A stretch of 64,000 bases of DNA from a virus: the IMG/VR virus record IMGVR_UViG_3300045988_177198. One strand, given 5' to 3'. The notes beneath the pieces are model-generated. The model was not told the DNA's origin. It was given only the letters and a program-made list of their open reading frames with translations, and searched no databases. Both the position numbers and the translations under genes were made by a program. The first letter of the stretch is position 1. Every line of letters starts with the position of its first letter. This document shows, one piece after another, positions 49,871 to 59,158 of this stretch.

Positions 49871-50305
49871 GTGTGGCCGGTCGAATACGAAGACCAGCTC
49901 ACACTCTTAACTTCGCTTGAGAGCGCCGAACAGTACACCCACGAACACGGGAGAACCATCCTCGACCCCATGCCCGTGCTCTCCGCACGCACCGTATGGC
50001 ACTGCGTCACACTGCGAATCACGGACGGCGAACACGGCGCAACATACTCGCTCGTGGGAAGCGACGAACCCGAGAGACTGAAGCCCATCACCACCAAAAG
50101 CCCTTCCGTCCGATACGTGGGCTTCTATTTCTATCCCGACCTTACGCTGGAGGTTGCCGCCGAGACCGAGGAACGCGCCTGTGAGATTGCCGAAAAGCTT
50201 GGTGCCGCTCTTGTGGAATGGTATGGGGAGAGAAAGTCGTGGGAGCGTACCCCGAAGGCTCTGAGGTCTTTCGTCAGGGCGCAGGGCTTGGTCTTCCGCT
50301 TCTAG
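49871..50305 (+). CDS. hypothetical protein
   Basis: 144 aa; GTG start per track; conserved promoter variant (CATACT) upstream. Confidence 0.45.
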   Translation: MWPVEYEDQLTLLTSLESAEQYTHEHGRTILDPMPVLSARTVWHCVTLRITDGEHGATYSLVGSDEPERLKPITTKSPSVRYVGFYFYPDLTLEVAAETEERACEIAEKLGAALVEWYGERKSWERTPKALRSFVRAQGLVFRF

Positions 50306-50357
50306 GCGCTGGTCGGCATTTTTTGTTTTTTCGTATTGTGATATTTCAGACCATGTG

Positions 50358-50378
50358 TTATAGTGGTCATGTCCACAC
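50358..50378 (+). promoter_or_regulatory. conserved element copy 6 (TATAGTGGTCATGTCCACACA)
   Basis: Upstream of 50417; preceded by CATTTTTTGTTTTTT. Confidence 0.5.
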
Positions 50379-50416
50379 AAAAAGGGTTCGGCCTCACAAC
50401 AACAAAAGGAGAAAAC

Positions 50417-50713
50417 ATGAACACCATCCAGCCAATCGCATTCGACAACGGCACCATCAGCATCGTCGCAAGCGACAACACCTACGACCACGCCTACGCA
50501 GACAGGTCCATGACCGAAGCTATCGTGGAAACCTCCCACCACAAGCCCAATCCAATCAACTGGAAGCACGTCGTATCCAACTGCGACGAACGTTGGAACC
50601 TCATCAAAGGCAATGTGTGCTTGGCTGTCCTGAGCGGCAACTGGGACGTTTTCGAGAACCGCCTCGAAAACAGAATCATGCTCGTCACCCGCAAGGGAAC
50701 CCGAATCCTCTGA
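50417..50713 (+). CDS. hypothetical protein
   Basis: Start at Met 19 of track ORF (AAAAGGAG RBS). Confidence 0.45.
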   Translation: MNTIQPIAFDNGTISIVASDNTYDHAYADRSMTEAIVETSHHKPNPINWKHVVSNCDERWNLIKGNVCLAVLSGNWDVFENRLENRIMLVTRKGTRIL

Positions 50714-50798
50714 CCTATGCTAAAAGCCTCGGGGAGAAGCGTCATCCAGACCGCTTCTCCCCTCTCTCATATCCGACAAAAAAGAAAGGAAGCCTTGT

Positions 50799-51521
50799 AT
50801 GAAAGAACGGGATGTCTCGCTGGAAAACGACCTCATGATGTTAGGTCAGGAACCGATGGACGAACCCGACTCGTCCACCACCATCGAACTTCAAAGAGTG
50901 GTCAAAGAGACGGAACGGAAAATGTTGAAACCACCGGCACCGCCCATGGAAGCTGAAAAGAAGAACGTTCCTAAGCCCGTCGAATCGAAGAACGACCCTA
51001 CAGTCAAGACGGAACCTAAAGCAAAGACCGAAACCGTGTCCACGAAAGAACCGAAGACCTACAAGCCGACCATCTCACGCAAACAGTCAAAACCCGTCAA
51101 ATCCGCGACGACCCTCACCAATCCCTATGCTCCCGTCGAGTACGATTGCAACGGCAATTGGCGTCAACTCGTGGCCGGAATCGCCATCATCGGCGTTCTC
51201 GTGTCGGTAATCGCCCTACTGGTAGGGGCCAAAACATATTGGCGGTTCATCACCGTAGGAGTATTAGCCGCTTTCGCCATGCTCCCACTTTATGGTTGGT
51301 TTGATGAACTCGAACGGGATATGGCCATCAAAGCCGTGGAAAAGGATTACAGGATTCGTATTCTGCAAGCGAACGGTGGCGGCGGACTGGTGGAAGTTTA
51401 TTACACGTTCCAGCAGAATCCGACCGTCAAAGCTGGTGTTGTTTCCTATGGTCACGGCTTGGCATGGTTGCGGAACGCGGACGGTAAGAAGATTGTCGGA
51501 CGCGGCAGACCGTTGGACTGA
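50799..51521 (+). CDS. hypothetical membrane protein
   Basis: 240 aa; Lys/Pro/Thr-rich N-region, two TM helices. Confidence 0.5.
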   Translation: MKERDVSLENDLMMLGQEPMDEPDSSTTIELQRVVKETERKMLKPPAPPMEAEKKNVPKPVESKNDPTVKTEPKAKTETVSTKEPKTYKPTISRKQSKPVKSATTLTNPYAPVEYDCNGNWRQLVAGIAIIGVLVSVIALLVGAKTYWRFITVGVLAAFAMLPLYGWFDELERDMAIKAVEKDYRIRILQANGGGGLVEVYYTFQQNPTVKAGVVSYGHGLAWLRNADGKKIVGRGRPLD

Positions 51522-51526
51522 TTGAG

Positions 51527-51547
51527 TTAATCTGGAAGCAATCACAC
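51527..51547 (+). promoter_or_regulatory. degenerate element copy (TAATCTGGAAGCAATCACACC)
   Basis: Upstream of 51572. Confidence 0.35.
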
Positions 51548-51571
51548 CTACTACGGTAAGGAGCATTCGAC

Positions 51572-51982
51572 GTGCTGAACAACGGAATCTGCGCAATCTG
51601 CAAAACAAACAAGTGGACTATCCTCTGCCCCGAATGCTCCCGACCGTTATGCTCCGACTGCATGAAAGACTTGGACGGATACCATCGTTGCGAACGTTGC
51701 CTGAACAAGGATTTGAAACGCGGTGAACAGTATTCCCGCGCGGTGTACACGGTTCTGCATGACGAACGGACTAAAGAGCAGTTCGGAAGCCTGTTCTGGG
51801 ATATGGTCGAAACCATGTTCGAAAGCCTATCGTTCGACACTGACGGCATGTTGCGTTACAAGGACGGGCAAGTGTTCTACCTCACCAAACATGATGTTGA
51901 AGCGCTTGGAACGGATATTCTCATACCTGAACTGAACGAGTTGCTTGTGAGGATAGGCGAAGAGCCGTTAACTTTTCGATAG
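51572..51982 (+). CDS. hypothetical zinc-ribbon protein
   Basis: N-terminal CxxC...CxxC...CxxC...HxCxxC cluster; GTG start with AAGGAG RBS. Confidence 0.45.
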   Translation: MLNNGICAICKTNKWTILCPECSRPLCSDCMKDLDGYHRCERCLNKDLKRGEQYSRAVYTVLHDERTKEQFGSLFWDMVETMFESLSFDTDGMLRYKDGQVFYLTKHDVEALGTDILIPELNELLVRIGEEPLTFR

Positions 51983-51991
51983 GAGTAGAAA

Positions 51992-52343
51992 ATGGGTTTA
52001 TTGGACACGGTGCGTAATCCGGCGTTCCGTATGGGGTTGCGCCGTTCCGCGCAAATCTGGCGGCATAATATTCCACCGTATCCGGCATTGCCACCATTGG
52101 ATATGGAGGGGATTCTTCTACCTGCCGTATCAGCCTAGCCCGTTCGACCGTGACGGCAATTGGCTCACGCAGAACGAGTTGACCGATAAGGTTCAGGCTT
52201 GGAGCCGCAAAATGGAAGAGGTCGGTAGGGAGAACGATTCTCGCGTATTGGCTTGGGGATGGGGTCTGCGGGTTGGATTGTCTCTTATGGTTCTGGCCTA
52301 TCTGTCGATTATTGCATTGATAGGCTTGCTGGTTTTTGTGTGA
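51992..52343 (+). pseudogene. small membrane-protein gene apparently split by a +1 frameshift near 52136
   Basis: Frame A (ATG 51992, AGGAG RBS) stops at 52138; the overlapping frame is open from 51990 to 52343 without a start codon and encodes a C-terminal TM helix. Confidence 0.3.
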
Positions 52344-52394
52344 TTGGGTAGTTTGTTTTGACGTGCCGACTTGCGTGATTGCTATTCTTGAATA

Positions 52395-52415
52395 TATACT
52401 GGGATTGTTCACACA
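52395..52415 (+). promoter_or_regulatory. conserved element copy 7
   Basis: TATACTGGGATTGTTCACACA upstream of 52444. Confidence 0.55.
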
Positions 52416-52443
52416 AAAACTTGGTCTACAAAAGGAGCAACCC

Positions 52444-52821
52444 ATGAACACCTACTACGCCGCCATAGTCAACCATCCCAACCAGAAGCTCGACCCTGAC
52501 AACAACATTCCACTAATCCAGATTTTCCACAGCGCCACCGAACGCAATAACTGGGTGAAAGCCTACGCTGATAATCCCCATGTGAAGACCATCGATTCGA
52601 AACAGGCGATTCGTTGGCTCCGCTTCACCTACCGCCAGTATCGAAACCAGAAGATTCCCTCCCGCATGAGCAGAGACGGCGTGGTCACGAAGTTCCTCCG
52701 CACTTGCTCGTTCCAACCCCTGCTCCACACGAAGAGAATCAGCCTTACGCCGGAAGAGGTCATCAAGCATCTCTCCGACCCCGAAGACCATGTGCTGAGG
52801 AAAATCGGATACACTCGCTGA
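52444..52821 (+). CDS. hypothetical protein
   Basis: Start at Met 37 of track ORF (AAAAGGAG RBS). Confidence 0.45.
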   Translation: MNTYYAAIVNHPNQKLDPDNNIPLIQIFHSATERNNWVKAYADNPHVKTIDSKQAIRWLRFTYRQYRNQKIPSRMSRDGVVTKFLRTCSFQPLLHTKRISLTPEEVIKHLSDPEDHVLRKIGYTR

Positions 52822-52832
52822 AAGGACAAAAA

Positions 52833-53027
52833 ATGAGTGAAACTATCGAAGACGCCAAGACCGAACCCCGTCCGATTTGGACGAAGCTAAAGGACGGTTG
52901 GAAAGTCCGAATCCCGAAAGAGTGGTGGGACAATTGGAGCGAGGCTGGTGAAACCGACGAGTTCCCGGTATTCAAAGCCAACGGCGAGGTGTCTCACGTG
53001 AACATCTTGACTTCCTCACGGGATTGA
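52833..53027 (+). CDS. hypothetical small protein
   Basis: 64 aa; AAAGGA RBS. Confidence 0.4.
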   Translation: MSETIEDAKTEPRPIWTKLKDGWKVRIPKEWWDNWSEAGETDEFPVFKANGEVSHVNILTSSRD

Positions 53028-53029
53028 AA

Positions 53030-54640
53030 TCCCGTGATTCCTGTTGCCGGTCGGACGTGTCTTTCTTAATGTTTTTTAATGGAAGAGATTCCGACCGGTA
53101 TTGCAGGGGTTTGAGTTTCATCGACGTTGCTTCCCATCGGTTTTCACCAGTGTGGAAGCTTGTTGTCTCCACTCGTAGGCATCGTCCGTGCCTTCCGGTT
53201 CTAAAGCGCGGTTGAGAATGTTCTTGGCCGCGTTCACGTCGGCGTTCGCCTCATGTCCGCAATTGTGGCAGTGGAACTCCGCTTGGCTTTCACGGTTGTT
53301 CTTGTCGCAGTATCCGCAGACGTTGCAAATGCGTGACGTGTCATAGGCGGGTACCTGAACGAGTCGGGTTCCCGCAAGCTTGGCTTTGTATTCGAGACAA
53401 TGCAGGAGGTCAGTCCAACGGTTGGCGAGGATGCTACGGTTCAAACCGCTTTTCCTCTTCCGCCCATTGGGGAGATAATGTCCCGGATTGTCGGGGTCTG
53501 GTTTCGGTCGGACGCTTCGGCTCATGGCTTTCACGTTCAACCGTTCCATGGCGATGAAATCGTATTCCCGGACGAGCATGGTGGTCGTTTTGGCTATCCA
53601 ATCGTCCTTGCGATTGTCTATCCGACGTTGGATGCTCCGCATGGCTTGGAGAGTACGCTTGCGGCTTTTGGACGCGAATTTGGCGTTCCTGCCGCCACGT
53701 TTCTCGTTCGTCCTGTCCTGTCGGGCGAGCTTGCGTTGCAGACGCTTATACTCGTCCACTTCCTTCGCCGACGGTTGCAGCATGTCGAGGAACAGTCCAT
53801 CCGACGTGGCGAGGGTATGCACGCAACCCCTATCCAAACCGACCATCATACCGGTATCGGTTCGGATGATAGGGAGTGGACTATTGGTAAACACGAGTGT
53901 CCTGTTCGTCCAGTTCACCGCCACACTTGTATATTCACGAATGGGTTGGCTCACCCGCACGTGAATGGCGATACGCCAACGAGCCTCGTTCTCACCCTCA
54001 CGACGATACTGTCTCGGCACACTGCCCGTGATGACGACCACACCGGCACGCTTGCCCGTCCGATAATACAAGGCGTTACCGGTCTTCGACTGGTTACGCC
54101 AGCACACGAAATACTGAGGAGCCTTATGACGGGAACGGAAACCCGGAACCCGGCCACCACTGGTCTTCTTTCGTTTCAATCCGGCGAACCATCCCGTATT
54201 CTCGACACGTTCGCACGAGGAGAGGATAGGCGAGGGGATGCACGCCAGCCAAAGACAATCCAATCGTGCCTGACTGTCCTTGACTGCGGGCTTCACATCC
54301 GCGCCGCCCAAAGGCACGTCCACCCAAATACGCTCACGGGTTTCGACATCCTCCACGAGCCTACGCTGGGGACGATGCGCCCTATGCTGGTTGTACCGGC
54401 TTCTCCACCCGTCGCACAACCAGTCCATGATACGTTCCGGACTACGAGTCCACATACGATTCCCGTAAGAGTCCAAGCCGAGGAACACACTGCACCCCGC
54501 ATGCCGGACTTTCAGGATTCGTACTTTTTGGCTCATACCAATATGATACCATATACCTTGAGTAATCAACAAAAAACACGCATAGCGTGCAAACCCGGCA
54601 TTAAAATACCGGGCTTATACGCAACAAAACCGTCAAGGTC
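53030..54640 (-). mobile_element. IS200/IS605-family (IS1341-like) insertion sequence carrying only tnpB
   Basis: tnpB plus right-end hairpin ccggtcgga...tccgaccgg (~53045-53098); ends approximate; no tnpA present. Confidence 0.45.
53118..54536 (-). CDS. tnpB: TnpB (OrfB) RNA-guided nuclease/transposase accessory protein
   Basis: RuvC-like motifs, C-terminal zinc finger 'CNVCGYC...CHNCGHEANADVNAAKNIL'; start at Met 13 (MSQKVRIL). Confidence 0.85.
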   Translation of the reverse strand: MSQKVRILKVRHAGCSVFLGLDSYGNRMWTRSPERIMDWLCDGWRSRYNQHRAHRPQRRLVEDVETRERIWVDVPLGGADVKPAVKDSQARLDCLWLACIPSPILSSCERVENTGWFAGLKRKKTSGGRVPGFRSRHKAPQYFVCWRNQSKTGNALYYRTGKRAGVVVITGSVPRQYRREGENEARWRIAIHVRVSQPIREYTSVAVNWTNRTLVFTNSPLPIIRTDTGMMVGLDRGCVHTLATSDGLFLDMLQPSAKEVDEYKRLQRKLARQDRTNEKRGGRNAKFASKSRKRTLQAMRSIQRRIDNRKDDWIAKTTTMLVREYDFIAMERLNVKAMSRSVRPKPDPDNPGHYLPNGRKRKSGLNRSILANRWTDLLHCLEYKAKLAGTRLVQVPAYDTSRICNVCGYCDKNNRESQAEFHCHNCGHEANADVNAAKNILNRALEPEGTDDAYEWRQQASTLVKTDGKQRR

Positions 54641-54950
54641 AGCAAGCCGTTCGTGTTGGACGGTGTGGAATACGTCATAGGCACGCCAAGGAAGGAAACC
54701 TACCGTCGTGGGTCTGCCCTCTCCCGCACTCCCAATACCGCTCGTAAGCGCAGTGGCATTCGTTGTGAGGAGTGCGGCTCCACCAAGGGCGTGCATCTGA
54801 CAAGGGATATTAACGGCATCGGTTGCCTGTTATGCTCTCTTTGCGATGATGGTTCCGCGAGCGTCTGCTGATTGGGTTTGCGGGGATTATTGGCTTGTTG
54901 CTGTAGTTCCCGCTTTTTTGTTTTTTAGCGTGTTTTGTCCAAGCAAATTG

Positions 54951-54971
54951 TATACTGGAATTGTTCACACA
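54951..54971 (+). promoter_or_regulatory. conserved element copy 8
   Basis: TATACTGGAATTGTTCACACA upstream of 54998; preceded by CGCTTTTTTGTTTTTT. Confidence 0.55.
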
Positions 54972-54997
54972 AAAATATGGAAGCCAAGGAGCAAAAA

Positions 54998-55918
54998 ATG
55001 AGCGACATCAACTGGAACGAAACCGCAGTCTACGAATTCATGCGATTCGAGCGTGAACCCGAACGCCGAGTATTCCCCGACCGCGACATCACCAAACTCG
55101 CCAAAGCCGGACTCATTCAGGAAAACGAGACGGGCGACTGGACTCTCACCCAAACAGGCGAAGACGAACTCGCCAACATCAGACAGCATTTCAACTCCGG
55201 CAAACTCTCCGAACTACCCCTGAAAGTCCGTAACTACTACTTCGACTGGCGCGTATACGACGAAAAGAAACTACCCGTCAAGGAACTATCCAAAGTTGCC
55301 CTACATGACAGGAGCGCCGAGATTCGCAAGAAAGCGGCCACAATGCTCAACAAGTTCAGCAAGCTCGACAAGGAAACGTCGAACGGTTTGGCCCACGACG
55401 AGGATTATCAGATTCGACTCATGGCGGCAAAGAACGCAGACCCTCACCTCTTCTTCGAGGAGTCGGACGAGCGCGTGGTCAAGACTCTTATCTATAACCA
55501 TAATTTCGATGAGGAATGCGTCGAACATTGGCTGGACAATCCCAACAGTCAGATTCGCGTTCAGGCGGCTCTTCTGACCGAAGACGGCAAGGTGGATGAA
55601 GTGTTGGCCCGCCTCGACTCACAGGATGTGGCGCATGTACTGGCCTGCAAGCCGCAGTGGGCCACGCGTGAACGAGTCATGAACGCTTGGGAGAACGCGG
55701 ACGAGGCGGGACGTTACAGGCTGGTCAAGGTCATGCGCGACATGCCGGACTCATTCATCAATCAGGCGTTCAAAAGCGACGCGTACATGGCCTTGCATGA
55801 CCGTTTGGAGGAATACCGAGAAGCTGTCCGTCAAGTGTTGGAGTTGGGTACGATGTTCTCCGAGGACAGTGAGATTCGCCGGAAGATTTGGGAGCGTGCC
55901 GAGCGCGAGATTGGTTGA
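54998..55918 (+). CDS. HEAT/PBS-lyase-like repeat protein, paralogue 1
   Basis: Repeated 'D..IR..AA' helical repeats; shares architecture and C-terminal 'SEIRRKIWERAER' motif with 56366..57331. Confidence 0.55.
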   Translation: MSDINWNETAVYEFMRFEREPERRVFPDRDITKLAKAGLIQENETGDWTLTQTGEDELANIRQHFNSGKLSELPLKVRNYYFDWRVYDEKKLPVKELSKVALHDRSAEIRKKAATMLNKFSKLDKETSNGLAHDEDYQIRLMAAKNADPHLFFEESDERVVKTLIYNHNFDEECVEHWLDNPNSQIRVQAALLTEDGKVDEVLARLDSQDVAHVLACKPQWATRERVMNAWENADEAGRYRLVKVMRDMPDSFINQAFKSDAYMALHDRLEEYREAVRQVLELGTMFSEDSEIRRKIWERAEREIG

Positions 55919-55929
55919 AAGGGATAGCA

Positions 55930-56226
55930 ATGCGAAAAGCGACATTTATCAGAAAATACTACGGGCACGGATACGACGCACATATGGTCTATCTTGTCTA
56001 CAGCTATCGCGGGCACGAATACACGGTGTATGAGAACCTAGCCCAAGGCAACGAACCACTTTCATGGCAGCACCGCAATGAGCAAAGCCAAATAGACCAG
56101 TTGATAGAGCAGAAAGAGCAGGAAAAGAACGCACAGCCGAAGCCATGCCGTTATGAAGATACCGCGCAATATGCCTTCGACCAGTTTTTAAACTACGTCA
56201 ATGGTGAACCGTCGGACTTTGACTAA
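55930..56226 (+). CDS. hypothetical protein
   Basis: 98 aa. Confidence 0.45.
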   Translation: MRKATFIRKYYGHGYDAHMVYLVYSYRGHEYTVYENLAQGNEPLSWQHRNEQSQIDQLIEQKEQEKNAQPKPCRYEDTAQYAFDQFLNYVNGEPSDFD

Positions 56227-56320
56227 CTAATAGTGGGAAAAATTTCCGAGTCATGTGAATGCTTTTTGTATTTGCACGGCTTTTTGTTTTTTGCGCTTTT
56301 GCGCTTTCTCTTAAATATGA

Positions 56321-56341
56321 TATACTGGAATTGTTCACACA
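56321..56341 (+). promoter_or_regulatory. conserved element copy 9
   Basis: TATACTGGAATTGTTCACACA upstream of 56366. Confidence 0.55.
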
Positions 56342-56365
56342 AGATATACCAGAAAAGGAGAAACC

Positions 56366-57331
56366 ATGGACAACAACGAAATCAAAACTCTCACCAAAAA
56401 GTGGAACGCCAACCTCGTCTACTACTTCGAGGACTTCGACAACGAAACCCACTCGCAACGACTGAGCGCATACATCGACCAGAAGCCCTTAGACAAAATC
56501 AAGGAAGCCAACCTAATCGAACTGACCAAGGAACACGACCGTTGGAAGCTTACCAACAAGGGAATCGACCTGCTGGAAAGCATCAAGAACATCTACCGGA
56601 GTGGAAGAATATTTCTGCTCCCCCTACCATTCCGTCACTACTACATCAACTGCAAGTTGAAGTACAACATGAAAATCGAGGACGGAAAAATATACGACGG
56701 ACTGCGTGAAACCGTGTTGAAAGACCGGAGTCGTGACGTTCGCCGCAAAGTGGCCGACTATTTGGAATACAAGGGAAAGCTTAACTATAAGACCGCGATT
56801 GGTCTCGCCAAGGACAAAGACCCCGAACTACGCAAGCTCGCCGCAAAGCATACCGTTGCAAGCATGTACTGGGAGGAGACGGATTACGACGTTATCCGCT
56901 ACATGGTGGAAAACAAGCTGGCCGATAGGCTCTGCTTCGAGCATTGGGTAAAAAGCGAAGACGAAACCATTCGCGCCCTATCGGCACCATTGGCGGAAGA
57001 AACGGACATAGACCCATTGCTGGACTCCCTCTCCGACGAATCCGCCATCCAAGTCTTGTTTAATAATCCGGAATGGGTCAAAGGTAAGCGTGCCGTGCGC
57101 TTGTGGCGTCGCATGGGCGGGGAAAACCGCCGTTGGATTATGTCCTTTATGTGGGATGTTCCCGATTCTCTGATTGAGGAGTCGTTGGCGGAACCTCGTA
57201 ATTGGCAAATCTCTTCTCGATTGGAGGAGTATAAGAAGGCGTTGCAGACCGTGGCCCGTATGGAGCGCTTGTTTGCCAAGGGTAGCGAGATTAAACGCAA
57301 GATGCGTGCCCGTGCCGGTTTGTCCGATTGA
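56366..57331 (+). CDS. HEAT/PBS-lyase-like repeat protein, paralogue 2
   Basis: 'VRRKVA', 'SEIKRKMRARA' motifs parallel to paralogue 1. Confidence 0.55.
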   Translation: MDNNEIKTLTKKWNANLVYYFEDFDNETHSQRLSAYIDQKPLDKIKEANLIELTKEHDRWKLTNKGIDLLESIKNIYRSGRIFLLPLPFRHYYINCKLKYNMKIEDGKIYDGLRETVLKDRSRDVRRKVADYLEYKGKLNYKTAIGLAKDKDPELRKLAAKHTVASMYWEETDYDVIRYMVENKLADRLCFEHWVKSEDETIRALSAPLAEETDIDPLLDSLSDESAIQVLFNNPEWVKGKRAVRLWRRMGGENRRWIMSFMWDVPDSLIEESLAEPRNWQISSRLEEYKKALQTVARMERLFAKGSEIKRKMRARAGLSD

Positions 57332-57412
57332 GGTTTGATGGAGGGGAGGCGGGATGCTGTTTTGGTGTCCTGCTTTTGTTTTTTGGGGTTTTGCGGTTTC
57401 TCTCAAGTGTGC

Positions 57413-57433
57413 TATAGTGGAATTGTTCACACA
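57413..57433 (+). promoter_or_regulatory. conserved element copy 10 (TATAGTGGAATTGTTCACACA)
   Basis: Upstream of 57464. Confidence 0.55.
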
Positions 57434-57463
57434 AAGAGCGATAGGCAAAAAGGAGCACATAAC

Positions 57464-57721
57464 ATGTACGCAATCCACTACATCGGCGGCGCAATGAACG
57501 TAAGGAAAATGCCCAAAGCCCAAGCCATCGAATACGCCAAACAAATCAATGACAACCCCACAGGCACATTCCCCGAAAGCGTAAAACTCGCACAAAGCGC
57601 CGAAGCCCGCGACGTCATGCAAAACAGACTCTTCGCAAAAGACATCTACGCCCACCACAGCGACGTGTACGGCATGAGCATGGCTGAACTCGTCAACGCA
57701 GTCAACGAATACTGTTGCTGA
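57464..57721 (+). CDS. hypothetical small protein
   Basis: 85 aa. Confidence 0.45.
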   Translation: MYAIHYIGGAMNVRKMPKAQAIEYAKQINDNPTGTFPESVKLAQSAEARDVMQNRLFAKDIYAHHSDVYGMSMAELVNAVNEYCC

Positions 57722-57784
57722 AAAACAATCGCCACAAAAACCCCAACCACACAAAACCGACCACACGAAAAAAGGACAATCAGA

Positions 57785-58147
57785 ATGTACTCGAAAATCA
57801 GCGAAGACACCTATCGGAAACTCATTGACAAGCTTGTCAAAATCCCATACGTGACCGGCGCACACGCCACCCACGCCATCTTCGGAGACGGAATCGAAGT
57901 CGCATTCCAATGCCCATACATGGGCAAGATGTTCGAATACTATCTTGTGGCAGACTCGCAACATAACGGCAGACGTTCCTACCGTTGGAGTGGAGGAGTA
58001 TACACGGTTTCGGTCGAGCATTGGACTTTCGACGACGGGGAATACACTCCCGTGGATTTGCCGTCGCACAAGCTGGAATCGTTGGATGTTGACGGACTGT
58101 ATGACGCGATTGTGTCCGATTTAGACAAGGCTATGAGGGAATTGTAG
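57785..58147 (+). CDS. hypothetical protein
   Basis: 120 aa. Confidence 0.45.
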   Translation: MYSKISEDTYRKLIDKLVKIPYVTGAHATHAIFGDGIEVAFQCPYMGKMFEYYLVADSQHNGRRSYRWSGGVYTVSVEHWTFDDGEYTPVDLPSHKLESLDVDGLYDAIVSDLDKAMREL

Positions 58148-58157
58148 AAAAACGAAA

Positions 58158-58532
58158 ATGCGATTCACGGACGGCAAGGAAAAGCTGGAAATTGAAATCC
58201 ACGAAGGTCAGCATTCTTGGGATACGACGGTAGGATTCTTCGACCATTTGACGGCTCCCATTCTGAATGGGACTCGTCAGGTGGGAAACGTTCGCACTCT
58301 ACTGACGAACGTGTACAACAGGATTCTAGGCATGTCCGGCTATCCCGCACCGGAAGCCGACACTCGGGCAATCTACACCATCACCGACTTGGCTGGTAAC
58401 ATTGTCAGGGAAGGTTCTTTCGCTTCGTCCGACAATCCGGACAACATGTATTGCAGCGGTTGCGGTTGTCTGCTAACCGACGAAAACGAGAATCCGTGCG
58501 GGGACACCGGTTGGTGCGATGACTGCTACTGA
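58158..58532 (+). CDS. hypothetical protein with C-terminal Cys cluster
   Basis: 124 aa, 'CSGCGC...CGDTGWCDDC'. Confidence 0.45.
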   Translation: MRFTDGKEKLEIEIHEGQHSWDTTVGFFDHLTAPILNGTRQVGNVRTLLTNVYNRILGMSGYPAPEADTRAIYTITDLAGNIVREGSFASSDNPDNMYCSGCGCLLTDENENPCGDTGWCDDCY

Positions 58533-58545
58533 AAGTAGAAAAAAA

Positions 58546-58710
58546 ATGAGCAACCACGACTGGATTAACACCGGCAATGCCAACAAGAACAACACTCACA
58601 GGGAAAACCGTTCCACTCACATCGAATGGGATGCAGGTAGCGCTTGGAATCCGCAAGCCAAGAAACGAAACGAATATGGCAGACGCAACACCGACTTGTG
58701 CGACGAATAA
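58546..58710 (+). CDS. hypothetical small basic protein
   Basis: 54 aa. Confidence 0.3.
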   Translation: MSNHDWINTGNANKNNTHRENRSTHIEWDAGSAWNPQAKKRNEYGRRNTDLCDE

Positions 58711-58803
58711 AAGTCGGTAAAAAAGTCTATTATTGAGCGCGATTGCGCTGGTGTTTCAGACAAAGTTCTGAAGCCTCGCGAAATCGAATAATAAGCTAAG
58801 AAT

Positions 58804-58842
58804 GCCTGTGGAAAATCGTTGCCCACAGGCTTTTTCTTTTCA
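58804..58842 (+). terminator. rho-independent terminator
   Basis: gcctgtgg-aaaatcgttg-cccacaggc followed by TTTTTCTTTT. Confidence 0.5.
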
Positions 58843-58861
58843 ATTTTTGGAAGGAGCACGA

Positions 58862-59077
58862 ATGCCCCACTATCTTTTGGATGCAGCCAATAATGCGACG
58901 GAACTTCCCTTCGCAGACTTAGACTCCGTCCAGTCGATTCTGAACACCATGCCTACTCTGGCTCCGGAAGCACCCGTATTGGCTTGCGAAATTTTGGACG
59001 CGTGGGCAGAGGATTGCAGGATTCTGCGCCGCCGTCCGAAACTGGTGTTGTTGAATGTTGAGGAGCCGGAATTCTAA
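58862..59077 (+). CDS. hypothetical small protein
   Basis: 71 aa; GGAAGGAG RBS. Confidence 0.4.
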   Translation: MPHYLLDAANNATELPFADLDSVQSILNTMPTLAPEAPVLACEILDAWAEDCRILRRRPKLVLLNVEEPEF

Positions 59078-59122
59078 GTGTGGGAAGGTGGTTTTTCGTT
59101 CTTTGCATTACCCCTGTTGTGT

Positions 59123-59143
59123 TAGAGTGAGATAGCCCACACC
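59123..59143 (+). promoter_or_regulatory. degenerate element copy 11 (TAGAGTGAGATAGCCCACACC)
   Basis: Upstream of 59159. Confidence 0.4.
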
Positions 59144-59158
59144 AAAAAAGGAAAACCA

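Noticed and set aside
54653-54871. 72-aa GTG-initiated ORF with CxxC...H...N...CxxC (HNH-like) pattern at the left IS junction
   Set aside because: Weak start, no RBS, single His rather than a full HNH core; more likely a junction remnant, so not listed as a feature
56978-58069. 363-aa minus-strand ORF spanning four small plus-strand array genes
   Set aside because: Crosses several terminator-promoter units and has no RBS; the plus-strand genes each have RBS plus promoter element
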